Assembly: GCA_903885665.1 (NCBI GenBank)
Contig: CAISJL010000013.1
Span: 4,689-68,688, forward strand
Direction of reading: 5' to 3'
From: an uncultured beta proteobacterium
GTDB taxonomy: Bacteria > Pseudomonadota > Gammaproteobacteria > Burkholderiales > SG8-41
Length of the DNA stretch: 64,000 nucleotides
Under the pieces are notes generated by a model. That model worked only from the letters and a program-made list of their open reading frames with translations, did not search any database and was not told where the DNA came from. This document shows, piece by piece, positions 18,271 to 28,910 of this stretch (the first letter of the stretch is position 1; every line of letters begins with the position of its first letter). The position numbers and the translations under genes were made by a program.

Positions 18271-21200
18271 TTACACCTGATAATTCCACTCTCGCCACCC
18301 GCCCAGTAATGGAAAATACAATCCCATACAAATATTCTTATGACCCAAGGCGCTCAGGAATTCCGCATAGCGTTCTAATTGTGGGCGATAACGTTCTTGC
18401 TCATTATTTAAGAATTGCTCAATACCAGACCCTGTATGTGCACTTGTCTTATAGTCAATAACCCACCTGACACCTGCAGCATCAATAAATGTGCGGTCTA
18501 TAACGATATTGAGCAATTGCGTACCATTTAATCCTGTTAACTTTAGCTCAGCCTGGGCATCTGGATGCGCAGCTAATAACCATCGACCTCGTTTATCGTT
18601 CAGGGTTTCTTGCAAAGCTTTAATCACTCGCTCTATTGAAGTATTCAGTTCAGACTCTGGAACGCCTAGGCGAGTTAATTCGCGCTGCCAACGCGGTCTT
18701 AGCTCAACAATACGCACCAGGGGCCATTGCTCTAGACCTTGATCGGCGATTGATTGCAGACCTCTATGCACCACAGTACCCACATGCATAGCGCTTGCAG
18801 AAGCCCAATTAAACTCCACTTCACCGAGACGAGTTCCAAGCAATTCTGGCTCTACAGGATTGGAGTTCTGATGAATTGCTAACGGTAATTGCGGTCTCGA
18901 CCAGTCAATAGGTAATCGGTAGTACCTTAGCGCCTCTAGCGAAATAGTATCTGATGAATGAGAATTATGAACTTCTTCTGAATTAGTATTTTGCGATAGA
19001 CTAATATATTGACTGGATATTGCAGGCCACAAACGCGCCAACAAAGAGCGGCTATTGGGAATAATCTCTTTGGCTGTTTGATCACTTGAAGTTGACGCTT
19101 GAGCGTTGTTATTATTAGGATCGAGACTTTTTTGTTTATTTTTAATCTGTCCAATCAAGTGTAAAACTGACCTAGCACGAGTTGCTGCAACATACAATAG
19201 TCGTGCATCCTCGTGCTGCGATTTAAGACTTTCTAAACCATTCATATAACTATAAAGGGAGTCATTACTGTGACTATTACTGTTACTTAAGGGCGCTAAC
19301 AGTAAATAAGGTGAGCTGCCTGGACGTCGGCGCTCATTCCATTGTAGTAATTGATTTTTATTGCTTCTGGGAGCGCGGCCCAAACTGGGAACAATCACAA
19401 CATCAAACTCCAGACCTTTCGCTTTATGGATAGTCATCAACTGCAAACGTGCAGAGCACTGGGTATCTGGCAATGCAAACAGTTGTTGCACTTGCTCCGT
19501 CAAGACTTCAAAATCTAATAAATCACCTGCTGTTTGATGCGCTTCTAGCAAGTTGAAGAATACATGTGCATCAGCAAGATCAACGGCTAGCTCTAAGCAA
19601 GCCGGCCCACCTAGCGCCAACCAAGCGCCTTCAACCCAGCGCGATAAAGACACCCGGCGACGTTGTGTAATAAAAGTCGCCAAAGTATTTCGCAGTTTAA
19701 GGATTCGAACTTGTCCGTCCATTGATAATTGCTGAAAACGCAATTCGTCGTTGATGGCCTCCCAAATTACACGCTGTTGATCATCTGCAAGCAAATGCGT
19801 TAAATCCGCTAATGAAATACCACACCATGGAGCGCGCAACACCGCTAGCCAAGCAATGCTGTCGGCACTGTGCAGTAATGCACGGGTTAGCGCAAATAAA
19901 TCCTGAACTACAGGACGCTCACCAAGTGCTTCAATATCAATCGCCTGAAAACTAATATTTTGTTTTTTGAGTAATGGAATCAAACTCACCAAATGACTAC
20001 GATTACGCACTAGCACTGCAATCGTACTCACATCACTGGCTAAGCTTTCACGTATCAATTTGAATACTAAGTCAGCTTCTTGCTCACGATCCATAGTGGT
20101 CATGGAATGCAGTTTCACTAAGCCACCAATAGTGTCCTGACGAGCGCACGTAGACGCAGAATATGTTACTGCACCATTTAGTAGATCATCCTGTTTAGGC
20201 AACACTTTTTCAAATGTGTGATTAACCCATTCCACTATCCCTGGTTGGGATCGAAAGTTAACACTGAGCATTAATGGACGCAAGGGTATCCCTGCAATTC
20301 CATCTTGCCGAACAGACAAATACAATCCAACATCAGCCTGTCGGAACCGATAAATGGATTGCATTGGATCACCCACCACAAACAAGGTTCTACCATCGCC
20401 CTCTTCCCAACCTTGCACTAATCGCTCAATTAATCTGCGCTGCCCTGCTGCTGTGTCTTGAAACTCATCGATCAAAAGATGATGGATACGATAGTCTAGG
20501 CTAAGGGCTAAATCAGTTGGATTGTCATCAGCGCCTAATGCCTCTAATGCTGCTAAAGCGATGGCTTGAAAATCTGCTTCATGACGCTCACCCATCACAA
20601 TATTCAGTTGTGCCGCTAACACAGGCAATATTTGCAATAGCGCCCCTAGCACTTGCCATTGCTTCTCTGTGTAAGTCGGCAATGGCAACGACCTTACTGT
20701 GAGTAATGCCTTCAGGCACTGCCTATCGACTGTCGCTAGTCGACCCAGCAAGGCGATAGCCTCCGGCTTACGGGGGTCTTTGGGAGGGAATCCATTATTT
20801 TTATTTAAGCTCTTGCGGACTTCATCATCCTTGGTAAACATGAAATGCATTATTCCATGCCATAAAGCCAAATCTACAACTTGATCTCTAATGCATCCAT
20901 CCCAATCAAGGCAAGCTCGTAATGGAGTATCAATACCCATACTTTCTAATTGACTTGCAGCGTGACGAGTTAACTGAATCAGCGACTGTAAATCTTCAAT
21001 TGGTAATTGATGTATAAACCGTAGCGCTTGTGTTAGGCCAGCCTCAATCTCGATTACTAAAGATGCCTCCAAAATCGCTCTTGTTTTAGCGGTATCAGCA
21101 CCATGACCGCACAAATGATCCAGCCATTGATCACGCTTACTTAACATCTCAATAAATAAGTTTGCAACCTTGATCTGGTTGTTGTCTAGATGTAGTAACA

Positions 21201-21723
21201 AAGTTGCAATGGTTGTCTTGTAAATTATTTCCTCATCAAGCAACGCTAACGTTCGGCGCGCTGCCTCAGCGTACAATATTTGAGGTATTGTAGTAATCTT
21301 TGGCTGCCCTCCAAGCCGCGACATCACCGGCATCTGCCTAGCCAATGATTGGCATAAAGCATCAATTGTCTGTATCCGTAATCGATTCGGATTTTGATCT
21401 ATATTCCAACTTTTTTTTGCTGCATGCAATCTAACTGCGCGCGCTAATTTCCATGTTTGTAGCTGATGTGCTGCCTTTGGCGCTTGCTCCTGTTCTGCGC
21501 TATATAGTGCGGCCAATACTCTAGCGCGCATTTCCGCTGCAGCCTTACGGGTAAAAGTAATCGCAATAATTTCTTCAGGCGAATCCACTGTAACCAGAAG
21601 AGCAAGTATCCGTTGAATTAATAATTCAGTTTTACCAGACCCCGCAGGCGCTTGAACAATATAGGAGTGGTAAACATCTAACGCCTGTTCACGCTGTGCG
21701 GCATCTGCGGGTAATGTAAGCAT
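18271..21723 (-). CDS. addA: AddA-type UvrD helicase with C-terminal PD-(D/E)xK nuclease
   Basis: QAPAGSGKT, ITFTRKAA, DEFQDT, VGDPMQSIYRFR, TIHKAKGLEFD, YVAATRA, IDR...IDYKT. Start ATG 21723 just after the addB stop. Confidence 0.9.
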   Translation of the reverse strand: MLTLPADAAQREQALDVYHSYIVQAPAGSGKTELLIQRILALLVTVDSPEEIIAITFTRKAAAEMRARVLAALYSAEQEQAPKAAHQLQTWKLARAVRLHAAKKSWNIDQNPNRLRIQTIDALCQSLARQMPVMSRLGGQPKITTIPQILYAEAARRTLALLDEEIIYKTTIATLLLHLDNNQIKVANLFIEMLSKRDQWLDHLCGHGADTAKTRAILEASLVIEIEAGLTQALRFIHQLPIEDLQSLIQLTRHAASQLESMGIDTPLRACLDWDGCIRDQVVDLALWHGIMHFMFTKDDEVRKSLNKNNGFPPKDPRKPEAIALLGRLATVDRQCLKALLTVRSLPLPTYTEKQWQVLGALLQILPVLAAQLNIVMGERHEADFQAIALAALEALGADDNPTDLALSLDYRIHHLLIDEFQDTAAGQRRLIERLVQGWEEGDGRTLFVVGDPMQSIYRFRQADVGLYLSVRQDGIAGIPLRPLMLSVNFRSQPGIVEWVNHTFEKVLPKQDDLLNGAVTYSASTCARQDTIGGLVKLHSMTTMDREQEADLVFKLIRESLASDVSTIAVLVRNRSHLVSLIPLLKKQNISFQAIDIEALGERPVVQDLFALTRALLHSADSIAWLAVLRAPWCGISLADLTHLLADDQQRVIWEAINDELRFQQLSMDGQVRILKLRNTLATFITQRRRVSLSRWVEGAWLALGGPACLELAVDLADAHVFFNLLEAHQTAGDLLDFEVLTEQVQQLFALPDTQCSARLQLMTIHKAKGLEFDVVIVPSLGRAPRSNKNQLLQWNERRRPGSSPYLLLAPLSNSNSHSNDSLYSYMNGLESLKSQHEDARLLYVAATRARSVLHLIGQIKNKQKSLDPNNNNAQASTSSDQTAKEIIPNSRSLLARLWPAISSQYISLSQNTNSEEVHNSHSSDTISLEALRYYRLPIDWSRPQLPLAIHQNSNPVEPELLGTRLGEVEFNWASASAMHVGTVVHRGLQSIADQGLEQWPLVRIVELRPRWQRELTRLGVPESELNTSIERVIKALQETLNDKRGRWLLAAHPDAQAELKLTGLNGTQLLNIVIDRTFIDAAGVRWVIDYKTSAHTGSGIEQFLNNEQERYRPQLERYAEFLSALGHKNICMGLYFPLLGGWREWNYQV

Positions 21724-21727
21724 CTCG

Positions 21728-24451
21728 CTACACCACACCCAGGGCTTGATTAGAGTCATCTATCAATCCCTCTTCTTCTTCATCCCCATCTGCCATGCCA
21801 TAAATTTCACGGACACGGCACACTGCTTTTAATTCGCAATACTCACAAGTTTGAGGGAACTTTTTAGGATCTACGCTAGCATCGCCAGCTTTAAAATCCT
21901 CGGCTAACCGGGTTAAAACTCTTTTCCAATCAATTAACTGATGTTCCCAATGTTCTATATGCTCTATATTTTTAGACTTAGTGTTATTAGATCTAAATTG
22001 CTCTACCTTTGAACTTAAAAAACCTTGATAATTTATATCGCCATTTTGTAAACCAATATACATAACACCATTATTCGCTTCAGTAGTGAGTGCGTATAAT
22101 GGGAGCTGTGGTTCATCAGGTCGCTCTCCTTGGAGAGCATTCTTCGATATTTTTCCAGTTTTATAATCAATAATTAAATTTCCAGATCGCCAGAGATCTA
22201 TACGGTCAATTTGGCCATCCCACTCAATACCTGCAAATCTCATAACGCGCTTTTCTTCTACCGCCTTCACAGCAAATGGCTCTCTTTGCAACTCTTGTTC
22301 TAATAGGTTTTCACATAATTGCGTGAGTCGCATCACTTCTAGTTTAGCAAACTCTTCTGAAATGACATCCGGATCGCGCTCTAGTAAACGATTTAGTGCG
22401 CTCTTTACGCTTTCATCGATTATCTGATGCTTATCCTCTCGACTTAAGGACTCTAAACTATCTCGAGAAGCAATTTTCTGCATTAAACAGGCCAGTGTTG
22501 CATGCGCTAAAACACCTCGCTCTGCAGCATCTAGGCCGTCATGGCTTCCCTCCAAACCAGTTGCTCCTAGGCGATGGGTGGCATAGGCCCTAAAGGCACA
22601 TGCTGCTTGATTCTTAAACACTTGCGTGCCGCCCCTAACCTTAATCCCTGTAGGCAACGGCAAGCCTTGATTATCTTGTAAATACTCACGCCTCTTAGCG
22701 GTAAAAATGAGTTGCTCAACCGTGCTTTGTAATTCGATTACCACAGGCGCTGTAGGTAAATATTTAATTAATGGGCTGGCTTGTAATTCACGGTCACCAT
22801 CACGTTTTGGGTAGGAGCATTCTAGAGCGGTTGCAGCCCCCAACCATTGGCGATACATTCGCTTGGCAAACTCAAGGTTCCATTCTGCTGTAGCTCCTGG
22901 CACCTGAGCAATACGCTGCCATTTCAGTGGTAAAAAAGGGTTTGGTTGCGGCACGATAGGCCACGCTTCATCAGTGAGCCCGCTCACCATTAAATGATCA
23001 AACTCTAAACCTGCCGCCTCTAGGGCACCCAAAATTTGTATCGATGTATATGTAGTTTCTGCTTGAAATACTACATCCGTTAAATTTTGTGATAACAAAT
23101 TTACAGCTGATGCCAAATTGATTTTTCCAAGGATGACGTCGAATTGCGTTAGATGTGCAAGCTCAGCTCGAAATCGCTCGACCGTTTGATATTCTTCCGA
23201 ACTCAAACTGCGATCGCCTGGCCACCCCCAAGACTTCAACAGTTGCGCAATACTAGCAATCCAAGCCGATGGCAATTGGCGTTGTTTTGCTGTTATTTGC
23301 ACAAGGGTCACCCAATCCCCAATACGTCGGTGTAGCTCTGGCAGATTCGCTTTTTGCCTCTCGATCAATACCTGCAAAGTTGACAACTTAACCACATTAC
23401 GGCGGCGCGAACGCACACTCGCATCTAGTTGCGCACGCGCTTGTTGTTCAACCTCAGCACCAGTAGCGAAAGGGCTACGTAACAAACTACCGAGCTCCGT
23501 CAATGAGAGCTTTTGCTGGGATGCTAATCGCATCACTAGCTGCGCGGTATGAATTAATGGAAAATCAAGCAACGCTCGGCCAACTGAAATATTATATGCG
23601 CGCTGTCTGTCGTTCGCGGGATCGAGTACGCGCTGCGGCTCAAATACGTCGTCAAAAATCCGCTCTACCATATCTCGGCGACTATCCAGATCCAGCACTA
23701 CAACACCAATACGCAATGCAGGATTTTTTGTGCTTAAATCCCGAGTGCGTGTCGCTATCATCCGCAGCTCACATTCGGCATCGACACATTCAAATTGATA
23801 TGCAGATGATTGCCGTACCGGACCGCCAGCCTCAATAATTGCATGGCCTACTATTGCGAAGGCCTCAAATAACGCAATGAGTTGTGGCGAGGGCTGATCA
23901 AATCCATAATAAACAATTGTTTTTATTTGACCTGGCTGTAGACTGCGCTTGCCTAGTGCTGAAATGATGGCATCTGGCAATCTCGCCTGATCGATCCAAT
24001 GCTGTTTATCGCACTGCGCTCTAAAGCGTTGTGACCACACATGATATTCGGTGACATCTTGATTCAACGCACCACGGTAGTGATCGAGGTCTAATCGATA
24101 CCGTACTGCTTGATTCCAAGCCTGTTGGACCAACCGAGCAGTAGCGCCAATATTTCGTAATAATTTTCCATTAGGACTTGCTGCAATAATTTCCTGCCAA
24201 AGGATTAGCTCTTGCGCAGCACTTAACACCAAATACTCTTGATCAGGATCGAGCGCTTGCCATTCACGATCAACAAATGACCCCAGCGGTAAAATATCTG
24301 CTGCGGGCCAAACGAGCAAGTTACGCGCCAATTGCGCTGAGTCGTATTCGCGCCGCAAATCTTGAGCTAAGCGTCGATTAGGCGTGATCACCACCATTTT
24401 GCATGCGTTCTGTTCGGCCAATCGCTCTAACAGTTCGCTGCGACTCGTCAT
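21728..24451 (-). CDS. addB: AddB-like PD-(D/E)xK nuclease subunit with Fe-S staple
   Basis: TPNRRLA, IDRID...IIDYKTG, QLPLY; one Cys (ACAF) plus CEYC-x5-C; co-oriented with addA. Confidence 0.85.
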   Translation of the reverse strand: MTSRSELLERLAEQNACKMVVITPNRRLAQDLRREYDSAQLARNLLVWPAADILPLGSFVDREWQALDPDQEYLVLSAAQELILWQEIIAASPNGKLLRNIGATARLVQQAWNQAVRYRLDLDHYRGALNQDVTEYHVWSQRFRAQCDKQHWIDQARLPDAIISALGKRSLQPGQIKTIVYYGFDQPSPQLIALFEAFAIVGHAIIEAGGPVRQSSAYQFECVDAECELRMIATRTRDLSTKNPALRIGVVVLDLDSRRDMVERIFDDVFEPQRVLDPANDRQRAYNISVGRALLDFPLIHTAQLVMRLASQQKLSLTELGSLLRSPFATGAEVEQQARAQLDASVRSRRRNVVKLSTLQVLIERQKANLPELHRRIGDWVTLVQITAKQRQLPSAWIASIAQLLKSWGWPGDRSLSSEEYQTVERFRAELAHLTQFDVILGKINLASAVNLLSQNLTDVVFQAETTYTSIQILGALEAAGLEFDHLMVSGLTDEAWPIVPQPNPFLPLKWQRIAQVPGATAEWNLEFAKRMYRQWLGAATALECSYPKRDGDRELQASPLIKYLPTAPVVIELQSTVEQLIFTAKRREYLQDNQGLPLPTGIKVRGGTQVFKNQAACAFRAYATHRLGATGLEGSHDGLDAAERGVLAHATLACLMQKIASRDSLESLSREDKHQIIDESVKSALNRLLERDPDVISEEFAKLEVMRLTQLCENLLEQELQREPFAVKAVEEKRVMRFAGIEWDGQIDRIDLWRSGNLIIDYKTGKISKNALQGERPDEPQLPLYALTTEANNGVMYIGLQNGDINYQGFLSSKVEQFRSNNTKSKNIEHIEHWEHQLIDWKRVLTRLAEDFKAGDASVDPKKFPQTCEYCELKAVCRVREIYGMADGDEEEEGLIDDSNQALGVV

Positions 24452-24573
24452 TGCGTCACCCTTGCCATATTATTGCGGACCTGCAGAACAGCTCAGAGAT
24501 GCAAATGACTTATTAACATGACTCTGCATGCATCCAGCTAGCATTCAACACTACGTGCCAAATGCTAGGTGCG

Positions 24574-24897
24574 TTACTTTTCAAGCAACTGTTTTTTAGC
24601 TTTGACTTTAGCCCAATCATCAGCATCACTAGGCGCGTCGATTTTTTCAATAATTACTGGCCAAGTTTTCGCCAACTCGGCATTCAATGCAATGAAATCA
24701 CGCTGATCATCCGGCACATCATCTTCAGCAAAAATCGCTTCAACTGGACACTCTGCAACACATAGCGTGCAATCTATACACTCATCGGGGTCTATCACCA
24801 ACATATTCGGCCCCACGTGAAAACAATCCACTGGGCATACATCTACACAATCAGAGTATTTACACTTTATACAAGATTCAGTAACAACGTAAGTCAT
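24574..24897 (-). CDS. fdxA: 7Fe ferredoxin FdxA
   Basis: [26 protein letters not shown]...[12 protein letters not shown]. Confidence 0.95.
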   Translation of the reverse strand: MTYVVTESCIKCKYSDCVDVCPVDCFHVGPNMLVIDPDECIDCTLCVAECPVEAIFAEDDVPDDQRDFIALNAELAKTWPVIIEKIDAPSDADDWAKVKAKKQLLEK

Positions 24898-25281
24898 GAT
24901 TTTTTCCGTAAAATTGCCGTAAATAACGGTTTTGATTATTTTACCAGATGTCAGCTAAAGACATAAAACTCAGAAATAATGGGCCAATTTATCAACTAAC
25001 ATCAAAAAACTTGACCTTTTTAACTTTATATGGATTAAATTTTCTCGAAAATTTAGCCAAGCGCTAGCATAACTCTCCTAATTTACGTTATATTAGCATT
25101 CGACATGCGGCTCAAATACAATCCATTCCGTGTTTTCAAGTATTTACTATCCTTGTACTTGTGAAACGTCGAAGGCGCCGCAATCTGATTACTCTGATTT
25201 CATATCTCGAACGATTGAACGGTTTCTTCTCAGCAGTGTATTTTAAACCCCACACCCTCTATCAAATAAGGTAATAGCGCT

Positions 25282-25608
25282 ATGAGCGAACACATCCATC
25301 ATATTACTGATGATTCTTTTGAGTCTGAAGTTATTCAATCATCTACCCCAGTATTAGTTGATTACTGGGCGGAGTGGTGCGGTCCTTGCAAAATGATCGC
25401 TCCTCTACTCGATGATGTAGCACAAAGCTATGCCGGTAAACTTAAAGTGGCCAAGATCAATATTGATGAAAATCCTGCTACCGCTCCTAAATATGGTATT
25501 CGCGGCATCCCCACATTGATGATTTTCAAAAATGGTGCCGTTGAGGCCACTAAAGTTGGCGCTTTGTCCAAGTCGCAATTAACTGCTTTTATTGACAGTC
25601 ATATCTGA
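25282..25608 (+). CDS. trxA: Thioredoxin 1
   Basis: WCGPC, IRGIPTL; lies upstream of rho. Confidence 0.97.
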   Translation: MSEHIHHITDDSFESEVIQSSTPVLVDYWAEWCGPCKMIAPLLDDVAQSYAGKLKVAKINIDENPATAPKYGIRGIPTLMIFKNGAVEATKVGALSKSQLTAFIDSHI

Positions 25609-25828
25609 ACCCTATAATCTGCACGCTTATCTGCCCTACTAGTGTCTCTATCTACTCTATTACAAGAGCACGGCAGCGATAAAATTCTAGGCGGTGCAAG
25701 TTAGTCATCAATCGTATTGGCCATAACCTGTGTTTGGTCAGCCTGCTAATTGACTATCCCCGCCTAATCTAATCAGCACCCTACTCCTATTATCTTTAAA
25801 TTTAAATGCTTTAAAATTAGATTACCTT

Positions 25829-25858
25829 ATTGATTTAATTGATTTAATTGATTTAATT
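25829..25858. repeat. 9-bp tandem repeat x3
   Basis: (TGATTTAAT)3 in the trxA-rho spacer. Confidence 0.85.
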
Positions 25859-25973
25859 CCAATCTCGACCTCCAACCTCAATGATTAGCGCTTTCGCTGC
25901 AATTGCTGCACCGGCCTAATCCCTAGAGCGCTTTCTCCTTAACCCTAGTTATTTTGCGACCCACTGAAGTCTA

Positions 25974-27233
25974 ATGAATTTATCTGACCTTAAAAATTTA
26001 CACGTCGGCGCTCTCGTCGATATGGCTGTCAAAAACGACATTGATGGCGCTAATCGCTTACGCAAGCAGGAACTGATTTTTGCTCTCCTGAAGAATCAAG
26101 CTAAAAAAGGCGAATCGATATTCGGTGGCGGCACTCTCGAAGTGCTCCCCGATGGATTTGGCTTCTTACGCTCACCCGACACTTCCTACCTTGCCGGTAC
26201 CGATGATATTTATGTCTCACCCTCACAGATTCGTCGATTTAATTTGCATACAGGCGACACCATCGAAGGTGAGATTCGCACACCAAAAGAAGGGGAGCGC
26301 TATTTCGCGTTAGTCAAAGTTGACCGCGTCAATGACGATACCCCAGAGAGCTCTAAACATAAAATTCTATTTGAGAACTTAACGCCTTACCATCCAACCG
26401 AACATCTCAAGTTAGAGCGCGACATCAAGGCTGAAGAGAATTTCACGGGCCGCATTATCGATATCATTGCACCCATAGGCAAAGGCCAGCGCGGCTTAAT
26501 TGTGTCGCCACCAAAGGCCGGCAAAACGGTCTTGATGCAGCATATTGCACATGCAATTACGGCAAACCACCCCGAAGTGGTATTGATCGTTTTGCTGATT
26601 GATGAGCGACCTGAAGAGGTTACCGAGATGCAACGCTCAGTGAAAGGCGAAGTGCTTTCATCGACTTTTGACGAACCCGCTAGCCGCCATGTCCAAGTCG
26701 CTGAGATGGTCATTGAAAAAGCAAAGCGCTTAATCGAACACAAAAAAGACGTTGTCATTCTGCTCGACTCCATTACTCGTCTAGCACGCGCTTACAATAC
26801 TGTGGTTCCCGCTTCTGGCAAAGTGCTCACCGGCGGTGTAGACGCTAACGCCCTGCAACGTCCTAAACGCTTCTTTGGTGCGGCCCGCAATGTCGAAGAG
26901 GGTGGCAGTCTCACCATTCTTGCCACAGCCTTAATAGACACTGGTTCCCGTATGGACGATGTGATCTACGAGGAGTTCAAAGGCACCGGTAATATGGAAA
27001 TCCACCTAGACCGACGTATGTATGAAAAGCGGATTTTCCCAGCAATCAATGTAAATCGTTCCGGCACTCGTCGTGAGGAGCTATTAATCCCTAAAGATGT
27101 GCTACAGAAAATCTGGGTATTGCGCAAACTGCTATACCCAATGGATGAATTAGAAGCGACAGAGTTTTTGCTCGATAAAGTACGTGCAACAAAGAATAAT
27201 GCTGATTTTTTTGATTCTATGCGACGCGGCTAA
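25974..27233 (+). CDS. rho: Transcription termination factor Rho
   Basis: [45 protein letters not shown]. Confidence 0.98.
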   Translation: MNLSDLKNLHVGALVDMAVKNDIDGANRLRKQELIFALLKNQAKKGESIFGGGTLEVLPDGFGFLRSPDTSYLAGTDDIYVSPSQIRRFNLHTGDTIEGEIRTPKEGERYFALVKVDRVNDDTPESSKHKILFENLTPYHPTEHLKLERDIKAEENFTGRIIDIIAPIGKGQRGLIVSPPKAGKTVLMQHIAHAITANHPEVVLIVLLIDERPEEVTEMQRSVKGEVLSSTFDEPASRHVQVAEMVIEKAKRLIEHKKDVVILLDSITRLARAYNTVVPASGKVLTGGVDANALQRPKRFFGAARNVEEGGSLTILATALIDTGSRMDDVIYEEFKGTGNMEIHLDRRMYEKRIFPAINVNRSGTRREELLIPKDVLQKIWVLRKLLYPMDELEATEFLLDKVRATKNNADFFDSMRRG

Positions 27234-27337
27234 TCTCGCCATCAACCTGATTTTCCGCAGCACTTGCTCAAACCTTTTAAATCTACGATAATTATCGGTT
27301 TCCCGAATTGTTCGGGTTTCTTGCCCAGGATATCGCC

Positions 27338-27574
27338 ATGAAAGCAGATGTACATCCAGAATACCTTGAAATATCAGTAGCTTGTAGCTGTGGTGCCAAA
27401 TGGCAAACACGCTCAACTATGGGTAAAGACCTCCACGTTGAGGTTTGCTCGTCCTGTCACCCGTTCTATACCGGCAAACAAAAAGTGCTGGATACAGCCG
27501 GTCGGGTTGAGAAATTTAACCAAAAATACGGCGCGCGCACTCCAACTAGCAAACCTAAATCTGTTGCAGCGTAG
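27338..27574 (+). CDS. rpmE: 50S ribosomal protein L31, zinc-binding type A
   Basis: [13 protein letters not shown]...[14 protein letters not shown]. Confidence 0.96.
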   Translation: MKADVHPEYLEISVACSCGAKWQTRSTMGKDLHVEVCSSCHPFYTGKQKVLDTAGRVEKFNQKYGARTPTSKPKSVAA

Positions 27575-27619
27575 TTTTTTGCCTACCTAGTTGCTCATTA
27601 TTTGTTGTAATGCTCTACC

Positions 27620-27649
27620 AGGGCAGCCTATTCGGCTGCCCTTTATTTT
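27620..27649 (+). terminator. Intrinsic terminator after rpmE
   Basis: AGGGCAGCC-TATTC-GGCTGCCCT followed by TTATTTT. Confidence 0.75.
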
Positions 27650-27848
27650 GATACCAGTCTAGCGTTGAGTTGCCGACTTAAATCTATACCCAAATCTGCC
27701 CCCTACGGCACCGCAGATGCGAACTATAAAACTTCAGAACTATCGCAGACTAAAATCGGGCACAATTCAGCATGTGCTTTTGATGAAACGTTGCGACATG
27801 CATTAACACGCTTTCATTACCCCATTCAAACAAAAAAGGATGTTCCCC

Positions 27849-28910
27849 ATGAAATCATTTCGTATTGCAGTGATCCCTGGCGATGGTATTGGCAAAGAAG
27901 TGATGCCTGAAGGGCTGCGCGTGCTAGAGGCGGTAGGTCGACGCTTTGATATTCAGTGGCAATTTGATGAGCTGGATTGGAGTTGTGACTATTACGATAA
28001 GCACGGCGTGATGATGCCTGTCGACGGGCTATCACAGCTGCAAAAACACGATGCCGTATATTTTGGTGCCGTTGGTTGGCCTGAACGCCTACCAGACCAC
28101 ATCACCTTATGGGGACTACTGATTCCGTTCCGCCGTGGCTATGACCAGTATGTCAACCTACGACCAGTGCGACTGATGCCAGGAATGCAGTGCCCACTAG
28201 CTAACCGCGCCCCTGGCGACATTGATTTCTGGGTGGTTCGCGAAAATAGCGAAGGCGAATATTCCTCAGTTGGTGGCCGTATGTTTGCAGACACGCCACG
28301 CGAATTTGTCACACAGCAGGCTATCTTCTCACGACATGGCGTAGATCGCATTCTCAAATTCGCATTTGAACTCGCCATGAAACGTCCTAAAAAACATTTA
28401 ACTTCAGCAACCAAATCCAATGGTATTTCTATCTCTATGCCTTATTGGGATGAGCGCGTTAAAGCAATGACCGGCCAATACCCAGATATCAAAGTTGATC
28501 AATACCATATCGATATCTTATGCGCCCATTTCGTCATGCACCCCGACTGGTTCGATGTCGTTGTAGCGTCTAATTTATTTGGTGACATCCTATCGGACTT
28601 AGGGCCTGCTGCCACCGGCACTATCGGCATTGCCCCTTCTGCTAACATGAATCCAGAGCGACTCTACCCGTCGTTATTTGAACCGGTCCACGGCTCCGCA
28701 CCTGACATCTACGGCAAAAAAATTGCAAATCCGATAGGTCAAATTTGGGCTGGTGCCATGATGCTCGACCATCTCGGATGTCCTGAGGCTGCTGCTGCAG
28801 TAGTTCGTGCGATTGAAACTGTCTTACTAGAAGGGCCTAAGACCCCTGACCTAGGTGGCAGAGCCAACACTACCGATCTTGGCAAAGCAGTTGCTGAGGC
28901 GCTCGCCTAA
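27849..28910 (+). CDS. ttuC: Tartrate dehydrogenase/decarboxylase (D-malate dehydrogenase family)
   Basis: IPGDGIGKEV, DQYVNLRP, SATKSNG, SNLFGDILSDL, FEPVHGSAPDI. Confidence 0.88.
   Translation: MKSFRIAVIPGDGIGKEVMPEGLRVLEAVGRRFDIQWQFDELDWSCDYYDKHGVMMPVDGLSQLQKHDAVYFGAVGWPERLPDHITLWGLLIPFRRGYDQYVNLRPVRLMPGMQCPLANRAPGDIDFWVVRENSEGEYSSVGGRMFADTPREFVTQQAIFSRHGVDRILKFAFELAMKRPKKHLTSATKSNGISISMPYWDERVKAMTGQYPDIKVDQYHIDILCAHFVMHPDWFDVVVASNLFGDILSDLGPAATGTIGIAPSANMNPERLYPSLFEPVHGSAPDIYGKKIANPIGQIWAGAMMLDHLGCPEAAAAVVRAIETVLLEGPKTPDLGGRANTTDLGKAVAEALA

Noticed and set aside
18271-24451. Novel helicase-nuclease defence pair
   Set aside because: Motifs, Fe-S cysteines and position near trxA-rho fit housekeeping AddAB recombination-repair genes.
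27665-27910. 81-aa ORF between rpmE and ttuC
   Set aside because: TTG start without an RBS, overlaps ttuC out of frame, no motif.
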